A DNA stretch of 64,000 bases from a virus. Shown one piece after another: positions 18,635 to 28,300 of the stretch. Position 1 is the stretch's first letter, and every line of letters begins with the position of its first letter. The notes below the pieces were generated by a model. The model was not told the DNA's origin, ran no database searches, and worked only from the letters and a program-made list of their open reading frames with translations. The stretch is taken from positions 96,001-160,000 of IMG/VR virus record IMGVR_UViG_3300034111_001103. The stretch is one strand, 5' to 3'. Both the position numbers and the translations under genes were made by a program.

Positions 18635-19315
18635 ATGGAAAAAATACAAGTTATAAGTGATACACATGGATTTCACAATCAAGTATTTATACAAGATAAT
18701 GTAGATTGTATTATACATTGTGGAGATAGTACTAATTATTATGATATTTATCATAATCAACCAGAATTTGATGATTTTATTAGTTGGTATTCTACTATAA
18801 ATGTAGAACATAAAATTTTAATACCAGGCAATCATGATTCATGGAGTATGAAAAAATATAATATTGATAAAGTAAAAAGTTTAGGTATTATCTATTTAGA
18901 ACATGAATATTATAAATTAGAAGGTTTAAAGATATTTGGTTCTCCTTATACTCCTACATTTGGAAATTGGCATCATATGAAAGATAGAGCTAAATTATTT
19001 AGATATTGGGAAGAATTAGAAGAAAATATAGATATTCTTATAACTCATGGACCTCCTTATGGTATTTTAGATTTATCAGAAAACAGAGATGGTCAATTAG
19101 AAAATTGTGGAGATAAAGCTCTTTTTAAGAAAATATTAAAAGTACAACCTAAATATCATTGCTTTGGTCATATTCACAACAATAATAATTGTTATAATCA
19201 AGGTACTAGAACTATTCAAGGTTGTAAAACTACTTTTATAAATTGTTCTATGGTAGAAGATGGTAAATTTAGTAAAGGTTTAATAAATAATGGATTAATA
19301 ATTAATTTAAAATAG
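18635..19315 (+). CDS. Calcineurin-like metallophosphoesterase
   Basis: SDTHG, HCGD, GNHD, THGPP and GHIH motifs. Confidence 0.92.
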   Translation: MEKIQVISDTHGFHNQVFIQDNVDCIIHCGDSTNYYDIYHNQPEFDDFISWYSTINVEHKILIPGNHDSWSMKKYNIDKVKSLGIIYLEHEYYKLEGLKIFGSPYTPTFGNWHHMKDRAKLFRYWEELEENIDILITHGPPYGILDLSENRDGQLENCGDKALFKKILKVQPKYHCFGHIHNNNNCYNQGTRTIQGCKTTFINCSMVEDGKFSKGLINNGLIINLK

Positions 19316-19318
19316 AAT

Positions 19319-19777
19319 ATGAAAGTAAAAATAAAGAAACTACACAAAGATGCAGTAATACCTAAATATGCTAAACCTGGAGATGCTGGAATGGATTTAA
19401 CTGCTATAGAAATTAGTTATGATAATAATGGAAATATAGTTTATAGAACAGGATTATCTTTTGAAATACCTGCTGGGTTTTTTATGATGCTTGTACCAAG
19501 AAGCTCTAATTCTAAAACAAATTTAATGCTCACTAATCATTGTGGAATAGTTGATTCTGGATATAGAGGAGAAGTAATGTTTAAATATAAACCTTATAAA
19601 TGGAATGATAATTCCCAAGAATCTTTTTTAGAAATGGTAAAATTTGAAACTTATAAAATAGGGGATAGAGTAGGTCAAGGAATTATACTTCCTTATCCTC
19701 AAATAGAATTTGAAGAAGTAGAAGAATTATCTGTAACTGAAAGAAACACAGGAGGGTATGGTAGCAGTGGTGCTTAG
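19319..19777 (+). CDS. dut: Trimeric dUTPase
   Basis: AGMDL, PRSS, GIVDSGYRGE, GDRVGQ and RNTGGYGSSG motifs. Confidence 0.96.
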   Translation: MKVKIKKLHKDAVIPKYAKPGDAGMDLTAIEISYDNNGNIVYRTGLSFEIPAGFFMMLVPRSSNSKTNLMLTNHCGIVDSGYRGEVMFKYKPYKWNDNSQESFLEMVKFETYKIGDRVGQGIILPYPQIEFEEVEELSVTERNTGGYGSSGA

Positions 19778-19875
19778 TTACATAAAACAATTATTACCTA
19801 AAAAAGTAATAATTACAAATCAAAATTTAAAAAAATTAGAAATATTATATAACAAAGAAATAAATAAATTAAGGT

Positions 19876-21618
19876 ATGGTAAAAAAAGTATTTAGGACAG
19901 ATTTTAGTGAAAGTATATTCAATTTTAAGTATAAGCATGAAAATGCTGAAACTTGGGAAGAATTAAGTAGAACTTTAATAGAAGATGTTTGTAGAGAATA
20001 TTTATCTAAAGAAGAAAAAGAAGAACTTATAGAAATGCATAGCAATATGGAATTTATTGCTGGAGGTAGATACTTATATTATGCAGGAAGAATTAATAAA
20101 TTTTTTAATAATTGTTATCTATTAAAAAGTTTAGAAGATTCTAGAGAAGATTGGGCTGATTTATCTTGGAGAGCTGAAAGCTGTTTAATGACTGGAGGAG
20201 GTATAGGTAATGATTATTCTATTTATAGAAGTAAAAATACACCTATTAAAAGAACAGGAGGTAAAGCTTCAGGTCCTATTTCTAAAATGAAAATGATTAA
20301 TGAAATAGGAAGAGAAGTAATGCAAGGGGGTAGTAGAAGAAGTGCTATATATGCTTCTTTAAACTGGAAACATAGTGATGCTGGGGAATTTTTACATTGT
20401 AAAGATTGGAAATCTATTCCTGTAGCAGGAGCTTTTGATGAAAATGGAAATCAATTATCTGTAGGAGACTTAAAAGAAAAAGATTTTAATTATCCTGCTC
20501 CTTTAGATATGACTAACATATCTTTAAATTATGATAATAAATTCTTAGAAGAAATATATGATAAAACTTTTGAAGAATTATTACAAATTTATAAAGAAGG
20601 AGGTAAAAATGCTATTTTTAATTTACCTATTATTAAAATTCCTATTACTTTTTTAGAAAATTGTAGACAAGCTTTAAAAACAGGGGAACCTGGAATGAGT
20701 TTTAATTTTTTTGAAAAAGTATTAGAGACCCTCAGAAATGCATGTTGTGAAGTAACAAGTGAAGATGATAGTGATGTTTGTAATTTAGCTAGTATTAATA
20801 TGTCTAGAATAACTACTAAAGAAAGATTTGAAAGAGTTTGTTATTTAGTAGGTAAATTTTTACTTTGTGGTACTATGGTAGCAGAATTACCTTATCAAAA
20901 AGTAATAGATGTTAGAGAAAAAAATAGAAGATTAGGTATGGGATTAATGGGTGTACATGAATGGTTACTACAAAGAAATAGTGGATATGAAGTAACTCCA
21001 GAATTACATAGTTGGTTAACTGTTTATAAAGAACAATCAGAAGTTGGAGCTAATGAATTAGCTATTAAATTAAATATAAATAAACCTGTTGCTTATAGAG
21101 CTATTGCTCCTACTGGGACTATAGGTATTATGGCAGGAACTACTACAGGTATTGAACCTTTATTTGCTGTAGCTTATAAAAGAAGATATTTAAAAGGACA
21201 AAAAGAATGGCATTATCAATATGTAATAGATGGTACAGCTAAACTTTTAATTAAAGAATATGGAATAGATCCTTATAAAATAGAAACAGCTTTAAGTCTA
21301 GCTAATGATTATGAAAGAAGAATTAAATTTCAAGCTGATATTCAAGATTATGTAGATATGGCAATTTCATCTACAATTAATCTCCCTAAATGGGGTACTT
21401 CATTAAATAATGATACTAAAGTAGATGATTTTGCTCATGTACTAGCTAAATATGCAATTAGATTAAGAGGTTTTACTTGTTATCCTGATGGAAGTAGAGG
21501 TGGTCAACCTTTAACTATTGTAGATTATAAAGAAGCTATTTCTCAAGAAGGGCAAGAATTTAAAGAAGAATTCTTTGATGTCTGTGACCTGACTAAAGGG
21601 GGAACTTGTGGTATTTAA
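19876..21618 (+). CDS. nrdJ: Class II (adenosylcobalamin-dependent) ribonucleotide reductase
   Basis: NNCY, GGSRRSA, GEPG, NACCE, CNL, APTGT, ISSTIN and a C-terminal Cys pair. No ATP cone and no nrdB nearby. Confidence 0.85.
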   Translation: MVKKVFRTDFSESIFNFKYKHENAETWEELSRTLIEDVCREYLSKEEKEELIEMHSNMEFIAGGRYLYYAGRINKFFNNCYLLKSLEDSREDWADLSWRAESCLMTGGGIGNDYSIYRSKNTPIKRTGGKASGPISKMKMINEIGREVMQGGSRRSAIYASLNWKHSDAGEFLHCKDWKSIPVAGAFDENGNQLSVGDLKEKDFNYPAPLDMTNISLNYDNKFLEEIYDKTFEELLQIYKEGGKNAIFNLPIIKIPITFLENCRQALKTGEPGMSFNFFEKVLETLRNACCEVTSEDDSDVCNLASINMSRITTKERFERVCYLVGKFLLCGTMVAELPYQKVIDVREKNRRLGMGLMGVHEWLLQRNSGYEVTPELHSWLTVYKEQSEVGANELAIKLNINKPVAYRAIAPTGTIGIMAGTTTGIEPLFAVAYKRRYLKGQKEWHYQYVIDGTAKLLIKEYGIDPYKIETALSLANDYERRIKFQADIQDYVDMAISSTINLPKWGTSLNNDTKVDDFAHVLAKYAIRLRGFTCYPDGSRGGQPLTIVDYKEAISQEGQEFKEEFFDVCDLTKGGTCGI

Positions 21619-21636
21619 ATTAAATAAATAAATATA

Positions 21637-21942
21637 GTGATATTAACAGAAAAAGAAATAAGAGATCTTTTATCTAAAGATTTTAAACAAGTAAAGAAAA
21701 CTTCTTCAGGAGAAATATTTAATCAATATACTTATGATGAAAAAGAATGTTTAAATCTTATAGAGAGTTATATTTATGAAAGAAAAGGTCAGAAGATAGG
21801 GGATATTCAATCCCCTTCTTTTGCTCTTAAACAACATGGACAATTAGGAGGATTAGTTGCTCAACAAAGATATAACAAAATGGAAATAGCTTTTGATAAA
21901 GCTTTACAATTTTATAATGAAAAATATAATAAATATGGCTAA
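21637..21942 (+). CDS. Hypothetical protein (GTG start)
   Basis: 101 aa ORF after the RNR gene. Confidence 0.65.
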   Translation: MILTEKEIRDLLSKDFKQVKKTSSGEIFNQYTYDEKECLNLIESYIYERKGQKIGDIQSPSFALKQHGQLGGLVAQQRYNKMEIAFDKALQFYNEKYNKYG

Positions 21943-22132
21943 AAAAAATCAATTAGAAGTAAAAGTATATACTATTTTAGAGGAATGTGTAGAAAGTGGT
22001 ATTAATTGGGGTTTCTTGAAAGCTTTTAAACATGATGATGATCCTTCTGAAGATAAAATAAAAGAAGAAATATTAAGGGCTATTATGTTATCTATTAGTG
22101 AAAAGTTTAATTTTCCTGAATTTAATGATTAG
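21935..22132 (+). CDS. Hypothetical protein (MAKKNQLEV...)
   Basis: ATG at 21935 has a better leader than the track start at 21893. Confidence 0.6.
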   Translation: MAKKNQLEVKVYTILEECVESGINWGFLKAFKHDDDPSEDKIKEEILRAIMLSISEKFNFPEFND

Positions 22133-22583
22133 GAAAAAAAAGACCTGTTTATCTTGTAATACTGAACAATTTATTTTTTCTAAAAATAGGTGCAAATCAT
22201 GTGCTTCTAAAGAAGATAGTAAACCTATTAAAAAAGTATCTACTAAACAAACAGAAAAGAATAAAGATAAAGCTTTAAAAACTAAAGAGTTACATTCTTG
22301 GTTTTTAACTTTATTTGATAAACTGAAAGAAAAAGATGATAAAGGTTATTTTGTAAGATGTTTTGAAACAAGTTTTAAAATGTATGAAGATAATTATAAA
22401 TTTAACAGTTGTATATATTCACATTATTTACCTAAAAGTACATACCCACAATATGCTTTAGAAGAATGGAATATAGAATTAGTTACTCCAGATACACACA
22501 GTCAATGGGAGCAAGATCATACAAAATGCCCTAAAATGTATAAGAAATACTTGGAATTAAAAGAAAAAGTATTATATTTGTAA
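22125..22583 (+). CDS. Zn-finger/HNH-like (NinG-like) nuclease
   Basis: CLSC..CKSC, SHYLPKS..YP and WNIELV...H motifs; probable ATG at 22125. Confidence 0.55.
   Translation: MIRKKKTCLSCNTEQFIFSKNRCKSCASKEDSKPIKKVSTKQTEKNKDKALKTKELHSWFLTLFDKLKEKDDKGYFVRCFETSFKMYEDNYKFNSCIYSHYLPKSTYPQYALEEWNIELVTPDTHSQWEQDHTKCPKMYKKYLELKEKVLYL
22550..22580 (+). promoter_or_regulatory. Bacteroidota-type promoter upstream of the glycosyl/methyltransferase region
   Basis: (C)TTG at 22550-53, N19, TATATTTG at 22573-80. Confidence 0.6.
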
Positions 22584-22594
22584 ATAAATAATAT

Positions 22595-22801
22595 ATGGTA
22601 ACAAGTCAAATTAAATATAAAAACTTTGTAAAAGGTAGTAAAAATACTTTAGCAGGTAAAGAAATGGAAGCTAAAATAGTAGATAAAATAGAAATAGAAG
22701 GTACTACTCATTATTTAGTACAAAATAATAAAGGAGAATTAATTATTATTCTACCTAATCAATTAACTAAAATAGTAAATACAAAAAATGTTAACACCTA
22801 A
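22595..22801 (+). CDS. Small hypothetical protein
   Basis: 68 aa, predicted beta-rich. Confidence 0.6.
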   Translation: MVTSQIKYKNFVKGSKNTLAGKEMEAKIVDKIEIEGTTHYLVQNNKGELIIILPNQLTKIVNTKNVNT

Positions 22802-22958
22802 GAAACAAGCAGAAGAATTAGTAAGAGATTTTGGTAATATAGGTTTAGCTTTATTGTGTGTTAGATATATATTAAGATCTACTGGAATAACTCATGTTTA
22901 TGATTATTGGATAGAAATAAGAGAAGAATTATTAAAATTAAAAAAAGATAATGAATAA
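22788..22958 (+). CDS. Small hypothetical phage protein, 56 aa (MLTPKKQAEELV...YWIEIREEL), not in the ORF track
   Basis: Open frame overlapping both neighbours. Confidence 0.65.
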   Translation: MLTPKKQAEELVRDFGNIGLALLCVRYILRSTGITHVYDYWIEIREELLKLKKDNE

Positions 22959-24663
22959 AATAAAAATATTAGCTATAATGGGAGATAATAATCTAAGTGC
23001 TTCTAAGTATCATAGATTATATCTTCCTTTAACAGCCTTAGAAGGTAAAGTAATCAAAGTAGAAGAAGAAGATAAAGAGATAAATGTAGATTTTATAGAT
23101 ACTTTTAATCCTCCTTTAGAAATATTAGAAAAGTATAATATTATTTGGAATAATTTTTCTTGTAATATTCCTAATACTATTATAGGACTTTTACAAAGTA
23201 AAGGTATTATCTTTATAGAAGATGTAGATGATTATTGGGAATTACCTAAAAAGAGCATAATGGTTCCTATAGTAGGTAGAAGTTATGATAATGTACCTAT
23301 TCTTTCTAGTTTAAGTGATGTTACTATTTGTGCTACTGGTACTTTAGGAGTTAGTGTTATTCCTTATAGTAACAATATTTCTATATCCAACAATGATTTA
23401 CCTATAGGAGAAGGACAATTTACTGTAAGAGATAATATTAAAGAAGGAGAAAAGATAGTCATAGGAGTAATAGGTTCTGTATCACATCTTCCTGATTATC
23501 AAAGTATTGCTAATGTTATTAAAAGGATTACTTTAAATAAAGAGATAAAAGAAAAATGTAAATTTGTTATAGCTGGATATGTAGAAAAAGATAAAAATTG
23601 GGATAAAATTGTAGCTATCTTTAGTCAAAATGGATTTGAAGTAGAATTAAGAAATTCTTTACCTTTAGAGAATTATATGGAAGCTTATAAAGGAATTAAT
23701 ATTGTGTTAGCTCCTTTAAGTGATGTAGAATTTAATAGGAAAAAATCGGCTTTAAAGGCTCTTGAGTGCTCTTTATGGAACATTCCTATGATAAGTAACC
23801 TAATGTATGCTGATAAAGAATTTAATGGTGTTATAGTAGCTAAAACTGATAAATCTTGGATAGAAACTATTAGATACCTAATACAAGATGATAACTATGT
23901 AGAAATAGGTAAAAGATTAGGAGAAGTTAACAGAAACTTATCTAATTTTGAAGGTAGAATAGAAAACTTAAGATTATTGGTAGAAGCTAGTATGAATAAA
24001 AAACTAGTATCTGATTTAGAAACTTTAGATATGTATTCTATTAAATATAGGGAAGATCAAAATACTGAATATCAAAGTTATTTAAATCAAAATAAAGAGA
24101 CTTCTTGGAGGTTTGAGTATAATCCCTTGATGAATATAGTACCTAAAGTAGAAAAAGAATATGTAGGAGTATTAAGTTGGAGATTTCTTCAGAAAACAGG
24201 TTTAGCTAAGAATTTACTTTATAATATGATTAAACCTTCTTTAAAAGAAGGCAATGTAGATATGATTAATTTATCTCCTAGAAAATGGTTAAGTGGTAAA
24301 GAATATATGGAGTTTAGTGAAAAACAACATCCTGGACTTGAAAACTTATTAAAATTAATATGTTTAAAATTAGGAGTTATTTATAACCCTAATCCTAAAA
24401 ATATAGTTTACTCTAATTTTTTCATTCTAAAAACTTCTATTTACAAAGAATATGTAGAAGAATGGATTAAACCTGCTTTAGCTTGTTTAGAAGGGGAATA
24501 TTGGACTTTAGCCAACAAAGATGCTAATTATATAGGAGGATTATCTAAAGAAGATTTAAAACTACATACAGGCTTAGATTATTACAATATGATTACTTTT
24601 GTATTAGAAAGATTAATTCTTCAATTTATAGAAACTAAAAAATTAAAAGTAAAAAATGTCTAA
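22951..24663 (+). CDS. GT-B (GT4-like) glycosyltransferase fused to a second, DUF4422-like domain
   Basis: YHRLYLP, EDVDDYW, GSVSHLPD and APL..FNRKKSALKALE in the N-terminal part; YVGVLSWRF, YSNFFI and FVLERL in the C-terminal part. Confidence 0.8.
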   Translation: MNKIKILAIMGDNNLSASKYHRLYLPLTALEGKVIKVEEEDKEINVDFIDTFNPPLEILEKYNIIWNNFSCNIPNTIIGLLQSKGIIFIEDVDDYWELPKKSIMVPIVGRSYDNVPILSSLSDVTICATGTLGVSVIPYSNNISISNNDLPIGEGQFTVRDNIKEGEKIVIGVIGSVSHLPDYQSIANVIKRITLNKEIKEKCKFVIAGYVEKDKNWDKIVAIFSQNGFEVELRNSLPLENYMEAYKGINIVLAPLSDVEFNRKKSALKALECSLWNIPMISNLMYADKEFNGVIVAKTDKSWIETIRYLIQDDNYVEIGKRLGEVNRNLSNFEGRIENLRLLVEASMNKKLVSDLETLDMYSIKYREDQNTEYQSYLNQNKETSWRFEYNPLMNIVPKVEKEYVGVLSWRFLQKTGLAKNLLYNMIKPSLKEGNVDMINLSPRKWLSGKEYMEFSEKQHPGLENLLKLICLKLGVIYNPNPKNIVYSNFFILKTSIYKEYVEEWIKPALACLEGEYWTLANKDANYIGGLSKEDLKLHTGLDYYNMITFVLERLILQFIETKKLKVKNV

Positions 24664-25096
24664 ACCATTAAGTAGGGAATTTTTGTTGGAAAGAGGTAAA
24701 TGTTGCAAAAATTCTTGTAAAAATTGCCCCTGGGGTTTTGGTAAAAGATTAATAGATCGAATAACAAATTTACAATTAGAGCAAAATTTACTTATGTCAA
24801 AAGTAGATGATTTAATAAATAAAACTAAAAATATGAATAAAAAAAAATATAATTACTCTAGTTATTGTTTAGGGAGTTCAATATCAATAAACAATAAGAA
24901 GTTAAATCATTTAGATTCTTCTCAAGATAACTCATTATTACTACAAGAAACTGAAAAATTATTTAATAAATTACTATTAAAACATGGTTCATTTGAACTT
25001 TATAAAACATTATTACAAGCATATGGAGAATATGAATCTACAGAAGTCTGTGAACAATGTGGTAATTATGATGAAATTATTAATTTAGAAATATAA
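24656..25096 (+). CDS. DUF5522-like Cys-rich N-terminus fused to a domain ending in CxxC
   Basis: ERGKCCKNSCKNCPWG near the start, an internal Met at 24833, and CEQCG near the end. Confidence 0.6.
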   Translation: MSKPLSREFLLERGKCCKNSCKNCPWGFGKRLIDRITNLQLEQNLLMSKVDDLINKTKNMNKKKYNYSSYCLGSSISINNKKLNHLDSSQDNSLLLQETEKLFNKLLLKHGSFELYKTLLQAYGEYESTEVCEQCGNYDEIINLEI

Positions 25097-25102
25097 TAAA
25101 AT

Positions 25103-25558
25103 ATGAATACAGAAGAAAAATACTATGTACCTGATAGAGAAGATTTTAAAGAAGGTTTTGAATATGAAAAACTTTATAATACATACAGTCCTCCAGATTT
25201 TAAATTAACATCTAGTAATTGGCTTAAAGAGACTTTTGATGATTTTACTTCAGAAGAAAATTATCTTTTCAATAGACAACTTATGGATAATAATATAAGA
25301 GTACCTTTTCTAACAAAAGAAGATATTGAAAAAGAAGGTTGGGTATATAATGGTAAATCTATAGATTTATGGTTTTATAAAGAAGGAGAATTTGAAAGAA
25401 CTTCTTATACTGTTTATAAAGTGACATTACATTATAATTTAGAAGATAAATGGTTACTTATTTATTTAAAAGATAATGGAGAAGATGTATTAATATTTCA
25501 AGGTAAGTGTAGATGTATAAATGATTTTAAAACTGTTTGTAAACTATTAAATATATAA
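25103..25558 (+). CDS. Hypothetical phage protein
   Basis: 151 aa; KYYVP.EDF.GFEYE and IRVPFLTKEDIE motifs. Confidence 0.7.
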   Translation: MNTEEKYYVPDREDFKEGFEYEKLYNTYSPPDFKLTSSNWLKETFDDFTSEENYLFNRQLMDNNIRVPFLTKEDIEKEGWVYNGKSIDLWFYKEGEFERTSYTVYKVTLHYNLEDKWLLIYLKDNGEDVLIFQGKCRCINDFKTVCKLLNI

Positions 25559-25561
25559 AAT

Positions 25562-26254
25562 ATGAATAATATACAAATTTTTGTTATCACATATAACGAG
25601 GAATATATGTTACCTTTCTTTATAAAATGGTATAGAGATAGATTTCCTGATTGTAAAATAGTTGTCTATGATAATATGTCAACAGATAACACAGTACAAA
25701 TAGCTAAAGATAATAATTGTGAAGTGATACTTTATGATACTAATAATCAACTTTCAGACAGTAAATACTTAGAAATAAAGAATAATTGTTGGAAAAATGC
25801 TACAACAGATTGGGTATTAGTGTGTGATGTAGATGAACTATTAGACATTAAACCAGAAGATTTAAATACAGATCAAACATTATTTAAATCTAAAGGTTAT
25901 AATATGTGTAATGTAAATAATGTTGAAGATATATTAACTATTAAACATGGAATAGAAGCTGTACAATATGATAAAATATTATGTTTTAATAAATTATACA
26001 TTAAGGAGATAAACTATACTCCAGGTTGTCATTCTTGTAATCCTATAGGGGATGTTATATATACTTCTAAAAGACCTAAACTATTACATATGAAGTTTAT
26101 GAATGAAGATTTGTTGGTAGAAAAATATAAATCTTATGCTAGTAGACTTTCAGAAGAAAATTTAAAGCAAAATTGGGGTTATCATTACAAATCTGAAGAA
26201 GAAAATATCAAAAGAGATTATCAAAATCACCTTAAACAAGCAAAATTAATATGA
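25562..26254 (+). CDS. GT-A (family 2-like) glycosyltransferase
   Basis: YNEEYMLPFF, YDNMSTD, DxD motif in CDVDE, GCH and LLH motifs. Confidence 0.85.
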   Translation: MNNIQIFVITYNEEYMLPFFIKWYRDRFPDCKIVVYDNMSTDNTVQIAKDNNCEVILYDTNNQLSDSKYLEIKNNCWKNATTDWVLVCDVDELLDIKPEDLNTDQTLFKSKGYNMCNVNNVEDILTIKHGIEAVQYDKILCFNKLYIKEINYTPGCHSCNPIGDVIYTSKRPKLLHMKFMNEDLLVEKYKSYASRLSEENLKQNWGYHYKSEEENIKRDYQNHLKQAKLI

Positions 26255-26823
26255 TAAAACATAACTATAAAGAAATAGAAGGTTGGTTTAATATGGAAGA
26301 CCAATACTTAGAATTATTAGAAAATACTCCAGAAGGAGGAATATTTGTAGAATTAGGAGCTTATAAAGGAAAAAGTACTTCTTTTATAGTAACTGAAATG
26401 GTTAATAGAGGTAAAGACATAAAATTTTTTACAATAGATACTTTTTTAGGAGATAGTGGTTCTACAGATCAAAAAGAAATAGAAGCTTATAAACAAGTAA
26501 ACATTTCTAAAATGTATGAAGAATTTAAAGAAAATACTGAACATTTAGAAGATAAATTTACAGTAATTAAAGACTATTCTTGGGAAGCTGCTAGATTATT
26601 TGAAGATAATAGTATAGATGTTTGTTTTTTAGATGCCAGTCATGCAGAAAATTCAGTTTTTTTAGATCTTCAAGTATGGTATCCAAAAATTAAAAATAAT
26701 GGTATTTTAGCTGGACATGATTATTATGCTTGGACAGGCGTTCAAAATGCTTTTAAAAAATATTTTAAAAAAAATCCAGACAAAATTGAAAACGATTGCT
26801 GGTTTATTAAAATAATTAAATAA
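26251..26823 (+). CDS. Class I SAM-dependent methyltransferase (Methyltransf_24-like)
   Basis: VELGAYKGKS, IDTF, FLDASH and GILAGHDY motifs. Confidence 0.88.
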   Translation: MIKHNYKEIEGWFNMEDQYLELLENTPEGGIFVELGAYKGKSTSFIVTEMVNRGKDIKFFTIDTFLGDSGSTDQKEIEAYKQVNISKMYEEFKENTEHLEDKFTVIKDYSWEAARLFEDNSIDVCFLDASHAENSVFLDLQVWYPKIKNNGILAGHDYYAWTGVQNAFKKYFKKNPDKIENDCWFIKIIK

Positions 26824-26834
26824 TAAGTTAATTC

Positions 26835-28082
26835 ATGGATAAAATTTGTGGAATTTATAAAATAACTAGTCCTTCTAATAGAGTATATATTGGACAATCT
26901 AGAAATTACAATAAAAGAATAAATGGATATAAAAAATATAATTGTAAGGGACAACCAAAATTATATAATTCTTTAAAAAAATATGGTTTTAAAAATCATA
27001 TAGTTGAATTAGTTCATGAATTAACTTTAGATATTGATCAAAAAGATTTAAATTATTGGGAACTTTTTTATTATAATAAATATAAAAATGAAGGTTTTCA
27101 TTTATTAAATTTAAGAGAATGTGGTGCTAATGGTAAATTTTCAGAAGAATCTCGATTAAAAATGAGCATTTCTGGTAAAAATAAAATAATAACAGAAGAA
27201 CATAAAAGAAATATGGGGTTAGCTCAAAAAGGCAGAAAACATACTGAAGAAACTAAAAAGAAAATGAGTGCCTGGCAAAAAGGAACTATTTTAGGTACAG
27301 GTAAACCTATTTTAAAACTTGATTTAAATATGAATTTAATAAAAGAATATGCTTCTGTAACTCATGCTCAAAGAGAAGAAAATATACCAAAACAAAATAT
27401 AACAGAATGTTGTAAGAAAAATTTACAAAAATTAAAAACAAAAATTAGAAATAAAACAAATAAATTTACATGTAGAGGGTTTATTTGGGAATATAAAAAC
27501 AAAGATAATATGAAAGAAATAAGTGAAACAGGTTATTGGAATGGAGAAACAGCTCATATTCATCATGTACATTGTAAAGAACTAAGTAAATGGATATGTG
27601 AGTTTTTAGAAGAAAATGTAGGTCTAGATTGTCCTATAAGAGATCTGGCATGTGGATTGGGGAATTATCTTAGAGATTTAGATAATGAAGGTTTTATAAA
27701 TTTAGCAGGATTTGAAGCTGATCTTCCAAAACATAAAGTATTTGATAATATTTTACAACAAGATTTAACTATACCTTTTACTATATCTCCTAAAGGAGTA
27801 GTTATAAGTCTTGAATGTGGAGAACATATTAATCAAATATATATGGATAAATATATAGACAATATATGTAATAATTGTAATAATTATCTTATTATGTCTT
27901 GGGCTATAAGAGGGCAAGAAGGATTTGGTCATGTTAATTGTCTTGACAATCATGAAGTTATACCATTAATAGAAGAAAAGGGTTTTAAATTAATGGAAAA
28001 AGAAACAGAGGAAGTTAGAAATATAGATCTTTCAGAAGCTCCTTGGTTTAAGAATACATTATTAATATTTAAAAAAGTATAG
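26835..28082 (+). CDS. GIY-YIG homing endonuclease (NUMOD3/NUMOD1 repeats) fused in frame to a SAM-dependent methyltransferase
   Basis: GIYKIT...YIGQS, SEESRLKMS / HTEETKKKMS and KPI...GFIWEY in aa 1-225. From ATG 27510: DLACGLGNY, SLECGEHI and GQEGFGHVNC. Confidence 0.85.
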   Translation: MDKICGIYKITSPSNRVYIGQSRNYNKRINGYKKYNCKGQPKLYNSLKKYGFKNHIVELVHELTLDIDQKDLNYWELFYYNKYKNEGFHLLNLRECGANGKFSEESRLKMSISGKNKIITEEHKRNMGLAQKGRKHTEETKKKMSAWQKGTILGTGKPILKLDLNMNLIKEYASVTHAQREENIPKQNITECCKKNLQKLKTKIRNKTNKFTCRGFIWEYKNKDNMKEISETGYWNGETAHIHHVHCKELSKWICEFLEENVGLDCPIRDLACGLGNYLRDLDNEGFINLAGFEADLPKHKVFDNILQQDLTIPFTISPKGVVISLECGEHINQIYMDKYIDNICNNCNNYLIMSWAIRGQEGFGHVNCLDNHEVIPLIEEKGFKLMEKETEEVRNIDLSEAPWFKNTLLIFKKV

Positions 28083-28084
28083 AT

Positions 28085-28297
28085 ATGAAAGAAAATATAG
28101 TTTTAAAAATAACATTTAAAGAAGATTTATTAAAACAAAATGATTATGAAATAATGTACACTAAGGGTAATATTGATAAACTTAAATTACCTAAACTTGA
28201 TAAAACAATGGTATATTATTTAAAAGATATGTCAGAATTTCCTGAAGTTATAGGTTATTTTAACTTAGATGAAATAGAAAGTATTCAATTTAAATAA
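28085..28297 (+). CDS. Hypothetical protein
   Basis: 70 aa; last + strand gene before the terminator. Confidence 0.6.
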   Translation: MKENIVLKITFKEDLLKQNDYEIMYTKGNIDKLKLPKLDKTMVYYLKDMSEFPEVIGYFNLDEIESIQFK

Positions 28298-28300
28298 TAC

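Noticed and set aside
19778-19875. Cobalamin riboswitch or NrdR box upstream of nrdJ
   Set aside because: Only about 100 nt of very AT-rich sequence with a weak AATTATTAC/GTAATAATT hairpin; no recognisable conserved elements.
7280-27953. Short - strand ORFs in the + strand block (7280, 18044, 18608, 26742, 27765)
   Set aside because: They overlap well-supported genes on the opposite strand and have shadow-like composition.
26835-28082. Type II restriction-modification fusion or intein
   Set aside because: The MTase lacks DNA-methyltransferase catalytic motifs, the nuclease has NUMOD repeats typical of homing endonucleases, and no intein C/S...HN termini are present.
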